Source of the DNA: Alphaproteobacteria bacterium
GTDB lineage: Bacteria; Pseudomonadota; Alphaproteobacteria; RF32; CAG-239
Length of the DNA: 64,000 nucleotides
NCBI GenBank assembly: GCA_045639065.1
Contig: JAZUCK010000010.1
Location: 3,794 to 67,793, forward strand
Direction: 5' to 3'
Shown: positions 56,199 through 64,000 of the stretch, piece after piece
How the letters are laid out: every line of letters begins with the position of its first letter
How positions within the stretch are numbered: the first letter of the stretch is position 1
Made by a program: the position numbers and the translations under genes
The notes under the pieces: generated by a model
Database searches by the model: none
What the model saw: only the letters and a program-made list of their open reading frames with translations
Told to the model about the DNA's origin: nothing

Positions 56199-57284
56199 TT
56201 AAATTTTGTTTACGCATTTTAAGATTGAGCTATCTCCATATGAATAAAAACGATATTTTTCCTCAATAGCATGAGCATAGGCTTTTTGCATACGTTCCAA
56301 GCCGGCAACAGCAGAGACAAGCATAAACAATGTAGATTTAGGAAGATGAAAATTGGTAATGAGCATATCTATCATCTTAAACTTATAACCGGGAGTAATA
56401 AAAATATCGGTTTCTTTAGCAAACGGGTGCAACACTTCTTTATCATCAGCAGCCGATTCAAGCAATCGCAACGAAGTTGTTCCTACCGCAATAATACGGT
56501 TTCCGTTTTGTTTAGCCTGATTGATAATATCAGCTGTTTCCTTAGATATTATACCATATTCGGCGTGCATTTTATGATCTTCGGTATTATCGGTTTTAAT
56601 CGGTAAAAAAGTACCGGCACCGACGTGAAGAGTAACAAAGACCTGACGTACACCCTTGTCTTTTAATTTAGCTAAAACCTCAGGGGTAAAATGAAGCCCT
56701 GCCGTAGGAGCGGCAACAGCACCTTCTTTTGACGCATAAATTGTCTGATAGTTTTCTTTGTCGTCAAATTTGTGCCACAAAGAATCTTCACCGGGGCGCT
56801 CTCTTTTAATATATGGAGGAAGAGGCATATATCCGAAAACTTGTAAATATTCGGATAGCTCTTCGTCTTGACAGTTAAACTTTAGCAACACACCATCTTC
56901 ACTGTCTTTTTTTAAGACTGTTGCACTAAATTTTGAGTCTTGTGCGCTTATGTTGTCGTTATAAAATTTGATAACATCATTTTCTTTTAAGCGTTTGGCA
57001 TTTTTGATAAAGGACCACCAAGTTAGCATATCTTGCGGATGATATAAAGTAACCTCGACTTTTGCTTCGCCTCTTTGTGCATACAAACGTGCCGGAATAA
57101 CCTTGGTATCATTGCACACTAAAACATCGCCTTCTTGCAAAATATCTGGCAAATCACTAAAACGTCTGTCGGTTATTTTGTCTTCTTCGGACAAATCTAA
57201 TAAGCGAGATGCATGGCGTGGACTTATCGGTTGTGAGGCGATAAGTTCTCGAGGTAAATCATAATCAAATAACTCTACTTTCAT
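56199..57284 (-). CDS. queA: S-adenosylmethionine:tRNA ribosyltransferase-isomerase
   Basis: MKVELFDYDLPRELIA, and full-length QueA pattern including HVGAGTF. Confidence 0.95.
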   Translation of the reverse strand: MKVELFDYDLPRELIASQPISPRHASRLLDLSEEDKITDRRFSDLPDILQEGDVLVCNDTKVIPARLYAQRGEAKVEVTLYHPQDMLTWWSFIKNAKRLKENDVIKFYNDNISAQDSKFSATVLKKDSEDGVLLKFNCQDEELSEYLQVFGYMPLPPYIKRERPGEDSLWHKFDDKENYQTIYASKEGAVAAPTAGLHFTPEVLAKLKDKGVRQVFVTLHVGAGTFLPIKTDNTEDHKMHAEYGIISKETADIINQAKQNGNRIIAVGTTSLRLLESAADDKEVLHPFAKETDIFITPGYKFKMIDMLITNFHLPKSTLFMLVSAVAGLERMQKAYAHAIEEKYRFYSYGDSSILKCVNKI

Positions 57285-57328
57285 TTTCTAAACCTTATAA
57301 TTTTATTTATTGGTGTTATATTATAAAC

Positions 57329-57346
57329 AATAGTTTTTAGCAACTA
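57329..57346. promoter_or_regulatory. ATAGT-N8-ACTAT inverted repeat containing T-N11-A (candidate LysR-type box)
   Basis: It sits in the divergent queA / LysR-like intergenic region. Confidence 0.35.
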
Positions 57347-57443
57347 TTTTATAATTTTTAATTTTATTCAATTTTTACTTGATTGTATATTATAATTAAA
57401 CTATAAGTTTTATAGATGAGCATAACTTCTTAAGGATATTATA

Positions 57444-58550
57444 ATGAACAAAAAAGATTTGCAACGCCTTGAAGGACTTTTGCTACTTACTTTACTACGC
57501 AAAACAAAAAACAAACGGCTGTCAGCATCTGTTGTCGGAATATCGGTAGATACATTAACAAAATATATAAATTTTTTAGAAAATGATATCGGCGCAAAAC
57601 TTCATTTAAACAACAAAAATTCTTGTATGTTTACCCCTAAGGCCAACGAGCTCTTTTCTAAATTAAAAAACTTAGATATTGAAAATTGGATAGTAAACAA
57701 TAAAAAAATAAATTTATTCGATCTTAAAAATGTAAAAGGAATTTTTTATCTTAAAGCAATTTCATTATACGGTAATAAACGAAATGCCTCTCATATGCTT
57801 GCAACTTCGATTGAAACGATAAATCTTTATATCAATTATTTGCAAAATTCCTTACAAACTGAGCTAATGAAATGCGACACACAGGGAAGTTATCTTACTA
57901 ATGACGGATTTGCCATTATTTTTAAATTTGACAGAATTACCAAATTTATAAATTTTTTGATTAAACAAAAATATGATCGTGATAAGACTATACGCTTGGC
58001 TTTGGAAAAGGGAATAAATATCACTATCAATTCGGCAAATACCTCCGCAAAACAAAATATTACCGTATTTGTCGATAATCCGGATTTGCACGCTAATGAT
58101 TGGGATATAGCAATAAGCTTCTCTAAACCGCAATCCGATAACCTGATTGTGTTTTATAAAAGGAAAATAAATTGCGGTTTCTTTGCCAGTACAGATTATT
58201 TATCTCATTTTGGTATACCACAAGATTTAGATGATATAAAACAAAATCATGTTGTCCTAGACGGACGAACAAGACCATATGCAGATAACAAGTATTGTGA
58301 ATTTATTGATGATTGCGAAAATACACGATTTATAGAAAACTCAAATATTGCCATTTTAGACATGGTCGGTTATGGCGCCGGAATTTGTCTTGTTCCGTTA
58401 ACTATTCAGAAGAGCGATCTGGTACACTTGAAACATTTGCCATGTCATGCTGAAGCAACATTATACTTAACCATACACAAATCATTTAATAACATTCCCA
58501 GATATCGTCAAGCAATGAATGATTATCGCCAAATACTGAGTTCTATTTAG
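57444..58550 (+). CDS. LysR-like regulator with two tandem N-terminal wHTH modules
   Basis: Residues about 6-70 and about 96-160 both fit the LysR HTH pattern (...SASVVGISVDTLTKYINFLENDIGAKL / ...ASHMLATSIETINLYINYLQNSLQTEL). The C-terminal half is substrate-binding-like. Confidence 0.55.
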   Translation: MNKKDLQRLEGLLLLTLLRKTKNKRLSASVVGISVDTLTKYINFLENDIGAKLHLNNKNSCMFTPKANELFSKLKNLDIENWIVNNKKINLFDLKNVKGIFYLKAISLYGNKRNASHMLATSIETINLYINYLQNSLQTELMKCDTQGSYLTNDGFAIIFKFDRITKFINFLIKQKYDRDKTIRLALEKGINITINSANTSAKQNITVFVDNPDLHANDWDIAISFSKPQSDNLIVFYKRKINCGFFASTDYLSHFGIPQDLDDIKQNHVVLDGRTRPYADNKYCEFIDDCENTRFIENSNIAILDMVGYGAGICLVPLTIQKSDLVHLKHLPCHAEATLYLTIHKSFNNIPRYRQAMNDYRQILSSI

Positions 58551-59275
58551 AGAATGCTTCTGGATACCGTTAGAGCATCTATTGATTTTGGTTTAGCAAT
58601 TTTAATGGCTTTAGCACATTCATTTAAGGTAGATCCTGTGGTTAAAACATCATCAACCAGTAACACTCTTTTGCCTTTTAGTTTGCTTATATCTTTCAGA
58701 TAAAAAGCATCTTTTACATTTATCAATCTTTCATTTCCGTTGCAATCAACTTGTGCTTTAGTTCTTTTACCTTTTATAAGATTATGCAAATCAACTTCAA
58801 TGTTTGTAAGTTTGCTCAACTCATTGGCCAATAAAGATGATTGATTATAGCGGCGTTTTATCAAACGTGTGTAGTGTAAAGGAACAGGAATAATAACATC
58901 TATCCCTTCGAAGAATATATCTTTTCCCGCAACGTACAGCATCTTGGCTAAAATAGGCGCTAAATCAGTCTTATCATAAAACTTAAAATCTAAGATAAGC
59001 TTTTTGGAAAAATCATCATAAAGATAAGCTGAGCGCATCATGCGAAACAGCATATTATTTTTATATTTAAGACAACTTCCACACAAAATTTTCTTAGAAG
59101 GACTATCGTTTTGTTCAAGTAACGGAGTACCACACTTATGACAAACAGGGCCGTTTAAGAATTCTATTTTAGATATGCAGTCGTCACAAATTCCTTTGTC
59201 TTCGTCGAGTACTTTTCCGCACATATAGCAACGAGGTGGAAGAATAAAACTTATAATATCCCTTATAAAACTCAT
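58547..59275 (-). CDS. comF: ComF family phosphoribosyltransferase-fold protein
   Basis: N-terminal Cys4 zinc-finger-like segment. VLLVDDVLTTGSTL PRT motif. Confidence 0.8.
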   Translation of the reverse strand: MSFIRDIISFILPPRCYMCGKVLDEDKGICDDCISKIEFLNGPVCHKCGTPLLEQNDSPSKKILCGSCLKYKNNMLFRMMRSAYLYDDFSKKLILDFKFYDKTDLAPILAKMLYVAGKDIFFEGIDVIIPVPLHYTRLIKRRYNQSSLLANELSKLTNIEVDLHNLIKGKRTKAQVDCNGNERLINVKDAFYLKDISKLKGKRVLLVDDVLTTGSTLNECAKAIKIAKPKSIDALTVSRSIL

Positions 59276-60141
59276 TTAAGCTTTGCCAACTCAAGATGAA
59301 TATCATTTACATTATCGACAACTATCATACCGGCAGATGATAATATATCTTTTTTATCCAATACTGATATATACCCTTTAGTCATAACATCGCCGGCATA
59401 ACCCATTTTATGACCAAATGGCATTGCATTTCCGGCAACAAAAGCTATTACCGGCTTTTTGTTGGGAATATTTTTATACCACTCTGCTGCAACTTCCTCA
59501 AAACCACCGCCAAGCTGGCCAATCATAACAATTACTTTAGTGCTTTTGTCAGCGTGAAAAGCGCTTAGGGCATCTATAAAATCTATTCCAATAAGAACGT
59601 CATCACCCAAACCCAATACTGTAGACTGTCCCATTCCTGCGCGATTTACTTCCAAGACAGCCTCATAAGTAAGAGTTGACGAACGTGATACCACGCCGAC
59701 ATTACCCTTTTTATGAATATTTTCCGGAAAAATACCTAACCTTGCTTCTTTAGGTGTTATTATTCCCGGTGTATCCGGACCTATAAATTTAGTTTTTGAA
59801 CCTTTCAGCATTGATTTTATCTCAAGCATATCCTTTAGAGGAACTCTATCTGTAATGCTAACAATTAAGTCGAGTTCCGCTTCAATTGCTTCACGTGTTG
59901 CTGCTTTTACTGCTTTGGCCGGAACGTACATCACACTTGCTGTTGCTTGTGTTTCTTTAACAGCCTCTTCAACAGTATCAAACACCGGTAAATTAAGGTG
60001 CATACTACCACCTTTTCCGGGAGTAATACCTCCGACTATTTTAGTCCCATAATCAAGAGAACGCGGAATATGGAATGAGGCTTGTGTACCGGTGATACCT
60101 TGACATATGACTTTGGTATTTTTATTTACAAAAATTGACAT
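59272..60141 (-). CDS. sucD: succinyl-CoA ligase alpha-subunit homolog with altered catalytic motifs
   Basis: Full-length SucD-like (TKVICQGITG, GGITPGKGG, SRSSTLTYE). It reads KMGYAGDV where the family has MGHAGA. Confidence 0.75.
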   Translation of the reverse strand: MSIFVNKNTKVICQGITGTQASFHIPRSLDYGTKIVGGITPGKGGSMHLNLPVFDTVEEAVKETQATASVMYVPAKAVKAATREAIEAELDLIVSITDRVPLKDMLEIKSMLKGSKTKFIGPDTPGIITPKEARLGIFPENIHKKGNVGVVSRSSTLTYEAVLEVNRAGMGQSTVLGLGDDVLIGIDFIDALSAFHADKSTKVIVMIGQLGGGFEEVAAEWYKNIPNKKPVIAFVAGNAMPFGHKMGYAGDVMTKGYISVLDKKDILSSAGMIVVDNVNDIHLELAKLK

Positions 60142-61344
60142 CTATGCAGCCTCCTCTATAGCTTTAGCCAATTTTTCAACAGATTCTTCCATGCTGTCTG
60201 CCCAAATTACCGGTAAGCGTGAATTTTCCAAAATTTCTTTGGCCATATCTTTATTAGTTCCTTCAAAACGAATAACCATAGGCACATTCAAACCAACTTC
60301 TGATGCTGCGGCAACAATACCGTCGGCGATTAAGTTACATCTGACGAATCCACCCAAAATATTTAATAAAATTCCTTCTACTCGGGGATTGGTCATAATT
60401 ATTTTTATTCCCGAGGCTATTTTGTCTTTATCAACACCACCTTTTACGTTTATAAAACAAGCTGTTCCGATAGATTTTTCTCTAAGCATATCCATTGCCG
60501 CCAATGCAATTCCATCACCATTTACAATACAACCCACCGAACCATCAAATTCACTATAAGTAAATTTATATTTTGACGCCTTAATTTCACGCTCAGATAT
60601 TTCACAGTCGTCTTTCAAATTAGCCAAATCGACCTGTCGATACAAGGCATTGTCATCTATAGACATTTTTGAATCCAGCGCGACAAGCTCACCGTTTCGG
60701 AGCACTCCTACAGGATTTATTTCAATCATTGAAGAATCTGTTTGCAAAAATGCCTTATGCACGCCATTTACCAAATCCTCCAAATGTTTTGCCGAACGAG
60801 GAGGCAGATTTAGAAAATCCATAATTTCTTTTACTTGTTCCGGTTGAGTATTTTGAGCAATATTTAATTTTACTTTTAATATTTTTTCCGGTTCGGTCAG
60901 GGCAACTTTTAAAATGTCGGAATGTTGAAGAGGTGCTACAATCAGGGTTAGCTCAGCAGTAACTCTGTTTATGGCTACTGACAGATAAAATGACTTTTCA
61001 ACTTTTATATAATTTTCTACATAAACTCGATTAACTTTCTTTCCTTGCGGACCGGTTTGCATAGTTACCAATGTTGCACCCAACATTTGTTTTGCAATTT
61101 CCAAAATATTTCTTTTGGATTTTACTAAACGTATTCCACCTCCATGTCCTTTGTCTTTTTCTATGAAATATCCTCTATCTCTAGCACCTGATTGAATCTG
61201 AGCTTTAAGCATCCACGGTCCTGTTTTAGAAAGTTTATCGGCAGCAGCTTTGGCTTCATTAGGCGTATAGGCTATCATTCCCTTAGGAATTTTTACACCA
61301 TATTCACTCAATATTTTTTTTGCCTGATATTCGTGTATATTCAT
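60142..61344 (-). CDS. sucC: succinyl-CoA ligase beta-subunit homolog (ATP-grasp)
   Basis: MNIHEYQAKK, IEINPV, NILGGFVRCNLIADGI. ATG at 61344 preferred. There is an insertion of about 10 aa after the first Gly-rich loop. Confidence 0.8.
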   Translation of the reverse strand: MNIHEYQAKKILSEYGVKIPKGMIAYTPNEAKAAADKLSKTGPWMLKAQIQSGARDRGYFIEKDKGHGGGIRLVKSKRNILEIAKQMLGATLVTMQTGPQGKKVNRVYVENYIKVEKSFYLSVAINRVTAELTLIVAPLQHSDILKVALTEPEKILKVKLNIAQNTQPEQVKEIMDFLNLPPRSAKHLEDLVNGVHKAFLQTDSSMIEINPVGVLRNGELVALDSKMSIDDNALYRQVDLANLKDDCEISEREIKASKYKFTYSEFDGSVGCIVNGDGIALAAMDMLREKSIGTACFINVKGGVDKDKIASGIKIIMTNPRVEGILLNILGGFVRCNLIADGIVAAASEVGLNVPMVIRFEGTNKDMAKEILENSRLPVIWADSMEESVEKLAKAIEEAA

Positions 61345-61362
61345 AAACAAAAACCTTCCGAT

Positions 61363-61764
61363 TTATAAAATTGAAGCATAGTGCTTGATTTTTTCTATCA
61401 TTGCTTCCAATCCGTTGCGACGTGATGGACTTAAGTGTTCTTGTAATCCTATTGAAGCAAAAATATCGTTAATTGCAAGGCTTTTTATTTCGCTTGCGGT
61501 TAAGTTGTTATATATCATCAAAACTATGGCTATCAATCCTTTAACAATCATCGCATCGCTATCACCGGTAAATTTCAACGTTCCGTCATTTTGTTTCTGA
61601 GGAACAAGCCACACTTGCGATTGACAACCTTTTACCTGCCAATCGGTTGTATGAAATTCTTCGGCCAAAGGTTCTAGCTTTTCACCGAGCTCGATAATAT
61701 ATTTATATTTATCTTCCCAAGAATCCAAAAATTCAAAATTTTCTATTAATTCTTCCGTATTCAT
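61363..61764 (-). CDS. sufE: cysteine desulfuration protein SufE
   Basis: VKGCQSQVWL motif with the sulfur-acceptor Cys. Confidence 0.85.
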   Translation of the reverse strand: MNTEELIENFEFLDSWEDKYKYIIELGEKLEPLAEEFHTTDWQVKGCQSQVWLVPQKQNDGTLKFTGDSDAMIVKGLIAIVLMIYNNLTASEIKSLAINDIFASIGLQEHLSPSRRNGLEAMIEKIKHYASIL

Positions 61765-62393
61765 AAATCTAACTTTCCAAAAATTGCTATTTTAGAGCCG
61801 GTTAATTTTGCCCACAATCTGTCGCCAAACGAATAATGCCACCATTCTGACGGATAATTTACAAAACCGACTTCACTGAGAGCATTATACAAAATTATTC
61901 GATTTTTCTTGGCTTCATAACTAATGTCAGCACAATCAAATTCGGACGTATCTTCAAAACCTCTAACGCTACCACCCATATCATACTCATTACCGGTGTC
62001 ATCAATTAACGACACATCAATAGCAGCACCGGATTGATGTCCGCTCCCCTGACGAAAGGGATTAGCGACAAACTTATCGCACAACGTAATAAACTCTTCG
62101 CTATCGATTGCCATCTCAGGATTTTTGGCACTCTCTTTTGCTACAATCTCATCCCATAATGCAATCTGTGATGCCAACGGACGATAAGCCTCATAAACAA
62201 CAAAATTATAACCTTTAGGAAGATGTTTTTTTGCCTTTAGCAACATTTCATATATATATTTGCGAATTATTTTAACGCTTGTATAACGATTATTAAAAAA
62301 AATACCGTCACTTTGAGATATTTCAACCATTTGAACTCGGGGTTCAATTTCTTGTATCAGTTTTGGCTCCGGCAATAAAGCATCACTAAACAT
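61761..62393 (-). CDS. D-Ala-D-Ala dipeptidase, VanX/DdpX family (peptidase M15D), copy 2
   Basis: EAYRP, GHQSGAAIDV, SEWWHY motifs. 4-nt overlap with sufE. Confidence 0.8.
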   Translation of the reverse strand: MFSDALLPEPKLIQEIEPRVQMVEISQSDGIFFNNRYTSVKIIRKYIYEMLLKAKKHLPKGYNFVVYEAYRPLASQIALWDEIVAKESAKNPEMAIDSEEFITLCDKFVANPFRQGSGHQSGAAIDVSLIDDTGNEYDMGGSVRGFEDTSEFDCADISYEAKKNRIILYNALSEVGFVNYPSEWWHYSFGDRLWAKLTGSKIAIFGKLDL

Positions 62394-62394
62394 A

Positions 62395-63072
62395 TTATTT
62401 CCTTTTTGCTTGTTTGTTTATTAAAACAGCAAGCAGACTTGGCATTTTTTTATTAAACGGACAATGTTGATAAAAGTCTTTTTTTGCAACTTCAAAAACT
62501 ACTCTGGGCTCAGAATTACCATAATGTGAGGCTTCTTTGTAGCCGACTTCTTTTCCGCCGATTTTTTCAATTAAGTTACGCGAAAATTTGTTATTGGGAT
62601 GTGTAGTAACATCTAATTTTTCATATTTTTTGAAAAAATAGTGTGTTAATCCTCTTACGGCTTCAATAGCATAGCCTTTAGAACCGTGTTCGGGATTTAT
62701 AAAGTATCCTAAATCACCATAGATTGTTTTGCCGTCTTCTTCAATCGGTAACATATCTATTGTAGCATTACCGATTAGCGTGCCGTCTTTTAATCTTACA
62801 GCCATACGATAAGTTGAACGCGGTTCTTGTTGTCTCTCTTTGTTAGCCTTGATTATAAAATCGGCAACTTTTTGGCGTATTTTATTAAAACGATTTTCCT
62901 CATCTTTGGCAACTTGGAAGGTATAAAAAGGACAATAACCGTCAGCATAATGAATATCGGCATTTTCGTTTATTTTAAATGCGATTTGTTGTAATGCTTC
63001 AAAATCAGAATTTTTAAATTCATCAATTATTAAGCGATCTGTTTCAATAGGCACAAAATCTTCTCTTGGCAT
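62395..63072 (-). CDS. GNAT N-acetyltransferase (RimJ/RimL-like, 225 aa)
   Basis: Acetyltransferase fold pattern (INPEHGSKGYAIEAVRGL). The start lies 1 nt from the downstream gene. Confidence 0.7.
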   Translation of the reverse strand: MPREDFVPIETDRLIIDEFKNSDFEALQQIAFKINENADIHYADGYCPFYTFQVAKDEENRFNKIRQKVADFIIKANKERQQEPRSTYRMAVRLKDGTLIGNATIDMLPIEEDGKTIYGDLGYFINPEHGSKGYAIEAVRGLTHYFFKKYEKLDVTTHPNNKFSRNLIEKIGGKEVGYKEASHYGNSEPRVVFEVAKKDFYQHCPFNKKMPSLLAVLINKQAKRK

Positions 63073-63154
63073 AAGCTTATGTCCTTTCTAATGTTATTTG
63101 AGTTAATAACATTAAAAAGGCAAAACTGCAATAACTATTTTGAAAAGACACCAA

Positions 63155-63544
63155 TTAAAGAAGCTCGAACATTTCTTTGGCTTCATCACTCAAATTGGCC
63201 AAACTCCATGCCGGCTCCCAAACTATTTTGACTTCGACTTCGCCAACACCTTCAAGTGATGAAACGGCGTCGGCTGCCTGTTGTGGTAAAACTCCGGCTA
63301 CAGGACACATAGGCGAAGTTACGGTCATTTCGATATATACATCGGCATTTGCTTTTTGTTCGATTTTATAAACCAATCCCATATCCCATATATTTATCAT
63401 AATTTCGGGATCTGATACGGTTTTTAAGGATTCGATAATAGCCTCACGAGTAGCAATTTCAACTCCTTGCTTTATCGGCGTTCCGGCTTTTGCTACATAG
63501 TCTTTTTTATAATCATCAGGATTTATATCTGTAATTTCTTCCAT
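63155..63544 (-). CDS. DUF59/SufT-like Fe-S cluster assembly protein
   Basis: SDPEI..NIWDMGLVY...MTVTSPMCP motif. Confidence 0.8.
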   Translation of the reverse strand: MEEITDINPDDYKKDYVAKAGTPIKQGVEIATREAIIESLKTVSDPEIMINIWDMGLVYKIEQKANADVYIEMTVTSPMCPVAGVLPQQAADAVSSLEGVGEVEVKIVWEPAWSLANLSDEAKEMFELL

Positions 63545-63558
63545 TTTATCATAAGTCC

Positions 63559-64000
63559 TTAAAAAAATGTTTTTGCCTTATTTATGGCTTGGCATAATAT
63601 ATCTATATCTTCTTTGGTGTTATACAAACCAAGGCTGGCTCTAACAACCGATTCATATCCCATACGGCGAACAAGAGGAGCAGCACAGTGATGACCAACC
63701 CTTACCGAAACACCCTCTTTGTTTAAGATAAAAGCCAAATCTTGCGGATGTATTTTATCTACCACAAAAGAGAATACTCCTCCCTTGTCTTTGGCTGTTC
63801 CGACCAACTTTAACCCTTTGATTTGCAACAGCTTTTCGGTTGCATATAAAGTTAATTCTTTTTCGTGTTTGGCAATATTTTCTAAGCCTAATTCCATCAT
63901 ATATTCCAAGGCTTTGCCCAAGCCGATTGCTTGAACAATAGCAGGTGTTCCGGCCTCGAATCGTGCTGGCGGAACATCATAGGTGGTAGATTGATAAGTT
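63559..64000 (-). CDS. sufS: cysteine desulfurase SufS, C-terminal part (continues beyond the right edge)
   Basis: PARFEAGTP...RVGHHCAAPL. The reading frame stays open upstream of the TTG the track used as its start. Confidence 0.85.
   Translation of the reverse strand, partial: TYQSTTYDVPPARFEAGTPAIVQAIGLGKALEYMMELGLENIAKHEKELTLYATEKLLQIKGLKLVGTAKDKGGVFSFVVDKIHPQDLAFILNKEGVSVRVGHHCAAPLVRRMGYESVVRASLGLYNTKEDIDILCQAINKAKTFF

Overview
AT-rich (by eye about one-third GC), densely coding bacterial chromosome segment. The housekeeping proteins look alphaproteobacterial: the ACP sequence, a YbjN-like protein, mtaB-ftsY adjacency, and suf and sucCD genes. This lineage call is inference only. Core blocks: uppP, xseA, alaS, map, radC (1.5-10.6 kb); cspA, suhB-like, pepF, a GlmU-like gene (11.7-15.8 kb); murA (26-27.4 kb); ftsY, mtaB, ldh, acpP, fabF, mltG, lgt, queA, comF, sucDC-like, sufE and sufS (45.9-64 kb). 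Three tRNA genes are present: Leu-CAG, initiator Met and Thr-GGU. Each has a partial duplicate of itself 150-200 bp away. An accessory stretch of about 18 kb (28-45.8 kb) starts right after tRNA-Thr. It holds mostly orphan ORFs: an HExxH protein, GNATs, a P-loop kinase, a fused membrane/spermidine-synthase-like protein, small helical paralogs and a KilAC antirepressor-like protein. No integrase, transposase, CRISPR array or rRNA is visible. My best candidate for an undescribed system is at 15.9-21.7 kb: two orphan tandem VirB8-like bitopic proteins, divergent from a TolC-like lipoprotein with a C-terminal Ig/cadherin-like module, next to a DUF2207-like membrane protein. Other notable signals: a near-identical promoter module reused four times in front of unrelated orphan genes; a SucD-like subunit whose GHAGA phosphohistidine appears to be Tyr; two RadC copies with mosaic identity; a 260-300 bp direct repeat bracketing a 3 kb insert; and a small DnaA-box cluster. 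All functional calls come from reading motifs by eye. No searches were run.
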